A DNA stretch of 64,000 bases from Bacillota bacterium (GTDB lineage: Bacteria; Bacillota; DTU025): assembly GCA_019136685.1 (NCBI GenBank), contig JAGVTS010000124.1, positions 17,460 to 81,459 of the forward strand, given 5' to 3'. Positions 61,514-64,000 of this stretch are shown piece after piece. The notes below the pieces were generated by a model. It saw only the letters and a program-made list of their open reading frames with translations, was not told where the DNA came from and made no database searches. The translations under genes and the position numbers were made by a program. Within the stretch, counting starts at the first letter, position 1, and each line of letters begins with the position of its first letter.

Positions 61514-62201
61514 TCCATCACCTTCCCTGCTAGACTCTGCCATACCGTTGCATGCCGTTTGTGGTCCGATATTCGCGTTTGGTATGCGTTCACCTTCCAG
61601 GTGCGCCTCCTGGCGGCCTACAATCACGGAGTCAGCACCCGCAAGTTGGATGACCTAGTGAGAGCATCGGGTCTGGACCGTGAGGAGAATCACAACGGCA
61701 AGTCACATCACCTGACAAGACTTGACCCGGGGAACAGTCCACAATCTCGCGACCGTCCCAGAAAGGGCACGGTTTTTCGCGAAACCGTCTCAGGAAGGGT
61801 ACGGTGTGACTGGCGGTGGGCCGGAAATCGGCCCAAGTTGGGGCTTCCTGGAGAATGCACGGCCGTTTGAAGGCCTCCCCGAGGGAAGTTGGTAGATAGG
61901 CGCGAGCGGCCGGATTATGGAAATGGCCTCTGCTTGCGGGTTTGGCGGCGATGCGTTTCCTGAAAAAGGAGGCGCCTCGAGCGGCGGGAATTCGGACAAC
62001 TCTCACCTGTCCAACCGTGCTAGATCTGAGAAGGTTGCTCGAAGAACCTTTTCAGAAATGAGAAGGATGCCTCAGAACCCCATTAGGGCCTGCCACAGTC
62101 GAACACCGCGCCCAGGAATAGCATGGATACGGGTAATGCATAGGCGGCAGTAGGTATTCGCCTCGACATGGAGAATGAATGTAGCCGGGGAGGCGAAGAC
62201 G

Positions 62202-62630
62202 ATGTCGGAGCCGGTCTGTTTTGACTGGGATGCGTATCGGCGCTGGATGGCTCAGGCCGCCAACACGCTTGCGTCGGCTAGGGTCGACGCCGACCACGGC
62301 TTTCACAACTGGTGTTGCTTCAAGGCGCAGCAGGCCGGGGAGTGTGCAGTGAAGGCGATACTTTACGGCCTGGGCGCTCCCGCGATCGGGCACTCTATTG
62401 TTGTCCTCGCAGAGAAGCTGAGGGAGCTTGGAGTGGCGGCGTATGAAGGCTTCATGACAGATGCCCGGCTGCTGGACCGGCATTTCATTCCTCCGCGTAA
62501 TCCCGATGCATATCCGTCCGGGAACCCGCATGATTACTATGACAGCGCCGCTTCCGGCGAGGCGCTCCGGGCTTGTGAACGCGTCCTTGAGTTGGCTCGC
62601 GAAATAGGCGGACAGGCTGGAGAAGGGTGA
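62202..62630 (+). CDS. HEPN domain protein (toxin-like component of HEPN/MNT pair)
   Basis: AQQAGECAVKAILYGLG matches the HEPN-family AQQAaEKalKA helix. ATG 62202 follows GGGGAGG. Stop overlaps the start of the downstream MNT gene. Confidence 0.6.
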   Translation: MSEPVCFDWDAYRRWMAQAANTLASARVDADHGFHNWCCFKAQQAGECAVKAILYGLGAPAIGHSIVVLAEKLRELGVAAYEGFMTDARLLDRHFIPPRNPDAYPSGNPHDYYDSAASGEALRACERVLELAREIGGQAGEG

Positions 62631-63022
62631 GGGCACTGAAGAAGGCACTGGAAGAGCGGCAAGCCCAGCGACTCAGGTTAATCGACCTGGCTCGGGACTA
62701 TGTCAATCGAGTGGCCTCCCGCGACGATGAGCCGATCCGAGTAGTGGCAGCCGCAGTGATCGGGTCGGTTGCGAGGGGAGACTTCAACCCCGCCAGCGAC
62801 ATCGATGTGATCATTGTGTCCGAGGGGTTGCCCGGCAGCCCTCTTGCCCGGGCGGACTCGATGTACCGCGATGTTGGTGCTAGAATCGAGCCCAAAGCAT
62901 TCACGCGCGACGAATTCGAACGCATGGCGGCGAACAGGAACCCCTTGGCTGTGGCGGCGCTCACCGAAGGGGTCGTCCTGCTCGATCCATATGGAGTGTT
63001 TCGGAGCCCCCCATCCCACTAG
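62627..63022 (+). CDS. nucleotidyltransferase domain protein (MNT-type antitoxin-like)
   Basis: GSVARGDFNPASDIDVIIV (GS-x9-DxD). 131 aa. Confidence 0.7.
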   Translation: MRALKKALEERQAQRLRLIDLARDYVNRVASRDDEPIRVVAAAVIGSVARGDFNPASDIDVIIVSEGLPGSPLARADSMYRDVGARIEPKAFTRDEFERMAANRNPLAVAALTEGVVLLDPYGVFRSPPSH

Positions 63023-63070
63023 ACTTGAGCACTGTGCCACTGCAATCAGGGGAAGGATATAGGTATCGCT

Positions 63071-63748
63071 ATGACAGGAACGTTAATAAACGCAGCTACA
63101 GTGGTCGCGGGCACTGCGGTCGGCCTGGCGGTCGGGAAGCGCATGCCCGAGAGGATGTCGCAAGCTCTCATTCAGGGGCTCGGCATCTTCACGGTGTTCA
63201 TTGGCTTCAAGATGGCCGCCGAAACCCGCAACGTGCTGGTAGCGCTATTTGCCATAGTGATCGGAACAGCCATAGGAACGGCGCTGGATATCGAGGGCTG
63301 GCTAGAGAGAATCGCTGTCGGAATCGAGAGACGATTTGCGAAAGGCGGCTCGGGATTGGCTGGCGGTTTCTTGGCGGCGAGTTTGCTCTATTGTGTAGGG
63401 CCCATGAGCATCATAGGCTCCATAGAGGACGGGCTGTCCGGCGATTACCGGATCCTGATGACCAAGGCCCTGATGGACGGATTCTGCTCCATCGCGTTTG
63501 GCGCCACTATGGGCGTAGGAGTTGCCCTTTCCGCCCTGACGATTCTAGTGTACCAGGGCGGGCTTACACTCGCTGCTGCAGCTGTAAAGGGTTTTCTGAG
63601 CGATGCCGTCATGACCGAGATGGGCGCAGTGGGCGGGCTCCTGATCGTAGGGATCGGCCTGAATACACTGGAAGTGAAGAAGGTTCACGTTGGCAATATG
63701 CTGCCGGCGATATTCGTCGCGGCGGCGCTGGCGCGGATACTGTCGTAG
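63071..63748 (+). CDS. DUF554-family membrane protein
   Basis: MTGTLINAATVVAGTAVGLAVG... glycine-rich polytopic membrane protein typical of DUF554/YqgA-like proteins. Confidence 0.7.
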   Translation: MTGTLINAATVVAGTAVGLAVGKRMPERMSQALIQGLGIFTVFIGFKMAAETRNVLVALFAIVIGTAIGTALDIEGWLERIAVGIERRFAKGGSGLAGGFLAASLLYCVGPMSIIGSIEDGLSGDYRILMTKALMDGFCSIAFGATMGVGVALSALTILVYQGGLTLAAAAVKGFLSDAVMTEMGAVGGLLIVGIGLNTLEVKKVHVGNMLPAIFVAAALARILS

Positions 63749-63796
63749 TCGTTGCGATAGTCTCTATGGGGTCGGACCCCAGACGCGCTTGCTTAT

Positions 63797-64000
63797 CAAG
63801 CATCCTGCTGTTCGTGGCGTTTTATTAATGCCTCGACGAATGCCTCTAGTCGGTGTAGCTCCTTATCCAGCGTTGGGCGCATCTCCAGGGTTTGGATGAC
63901 TAAATCCTTCACTCGCTCGCGATTAAGCTCTGCGCCGTAGGCATGTCGGAAGAGATGGCGAAAACGGCGCAGTTCATCTAGCCACGCGAAAGCGCTTTCA
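63797..64000 (-). CDS. partial HEPN/HepT-like protein (C-terminal part; 5' end beyond window)
   Basis: Minus-strand translation ...ESAFAWLDELRRFRHLFRHAYGAELNRERVKDLVIQTLEMRPTLDKELHRLEAFVEALIKRHEQQDA* contains an Rx4HxY motif (RHLFRHAY). Truncated by the window edge. Confidence 0.45.

Overview
A 64 kb, high-GC (~65%), gene-dense bacterial chromosomal segment on which almost every real gene sits on the + strand; the six-frame track is crowded with spurious antisense ORFs typical of high-GC DNA. Gene order closely mirrors Bacillus-type (Firmicutes) synteny, which points to a high-GC member of the Firmicutes-like lineage. This is judged from the following gene blocks read off the translated ORFs: uvrB-uvrA-uvrC-ogt, a yvlABCD-like envelope-stress operon (DUF2089 / DUF4097 / PspC / DUF360), cdaA-cdaR-glmM, acpS-nnr-alr followed by an EndoAI/EndoA-type toxin-antitoxin pair, tsaE-tsaB-rimI-tsaD, hpt, gltX, pcrA-ligA-gatCAB, two tldD/pmbA pairs, and several HEPN/MNT toxin-antitoxin modules. 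The most unusual content is at the 5' end (83-6760): a tightly coupled seven-gene operon. It encodes a small protein with a Cys/Gly-rich C-terminal tail, a GrpE-like exchange factor, two near-identical lid-less 510-aa Hsp70 paralogs flanking a protein whose J-like domain carries SPD where HPD is expected, a polyprenyl-synthetase homolog with an intact first but degenerate second Asp-rich motif, and a polytopic membrane protein. I could not place this gene set in any described system. Other notable points are a disrupted uvrA (split into two frames with about 60-70 aa apparently missing at the junction), a Cheo-type LexA box with an extended -10 upstream of uvrB, and a 1.2 kb non-coding tract carrying a nested hairpin and recurring ACGGTTTT/AAAACCGT motifs. 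There is also a stand-alone GMP-synthase ATP-pyrophosphatase subunit next to hpt, and an accessory-like 3' region (53.9-64 kb) with HEPN/MNT pairs, secreted LamG-like proteins and a possible IS256-type transposase relic. No rRNA, tRNA or CRISPR arrays were recognised.
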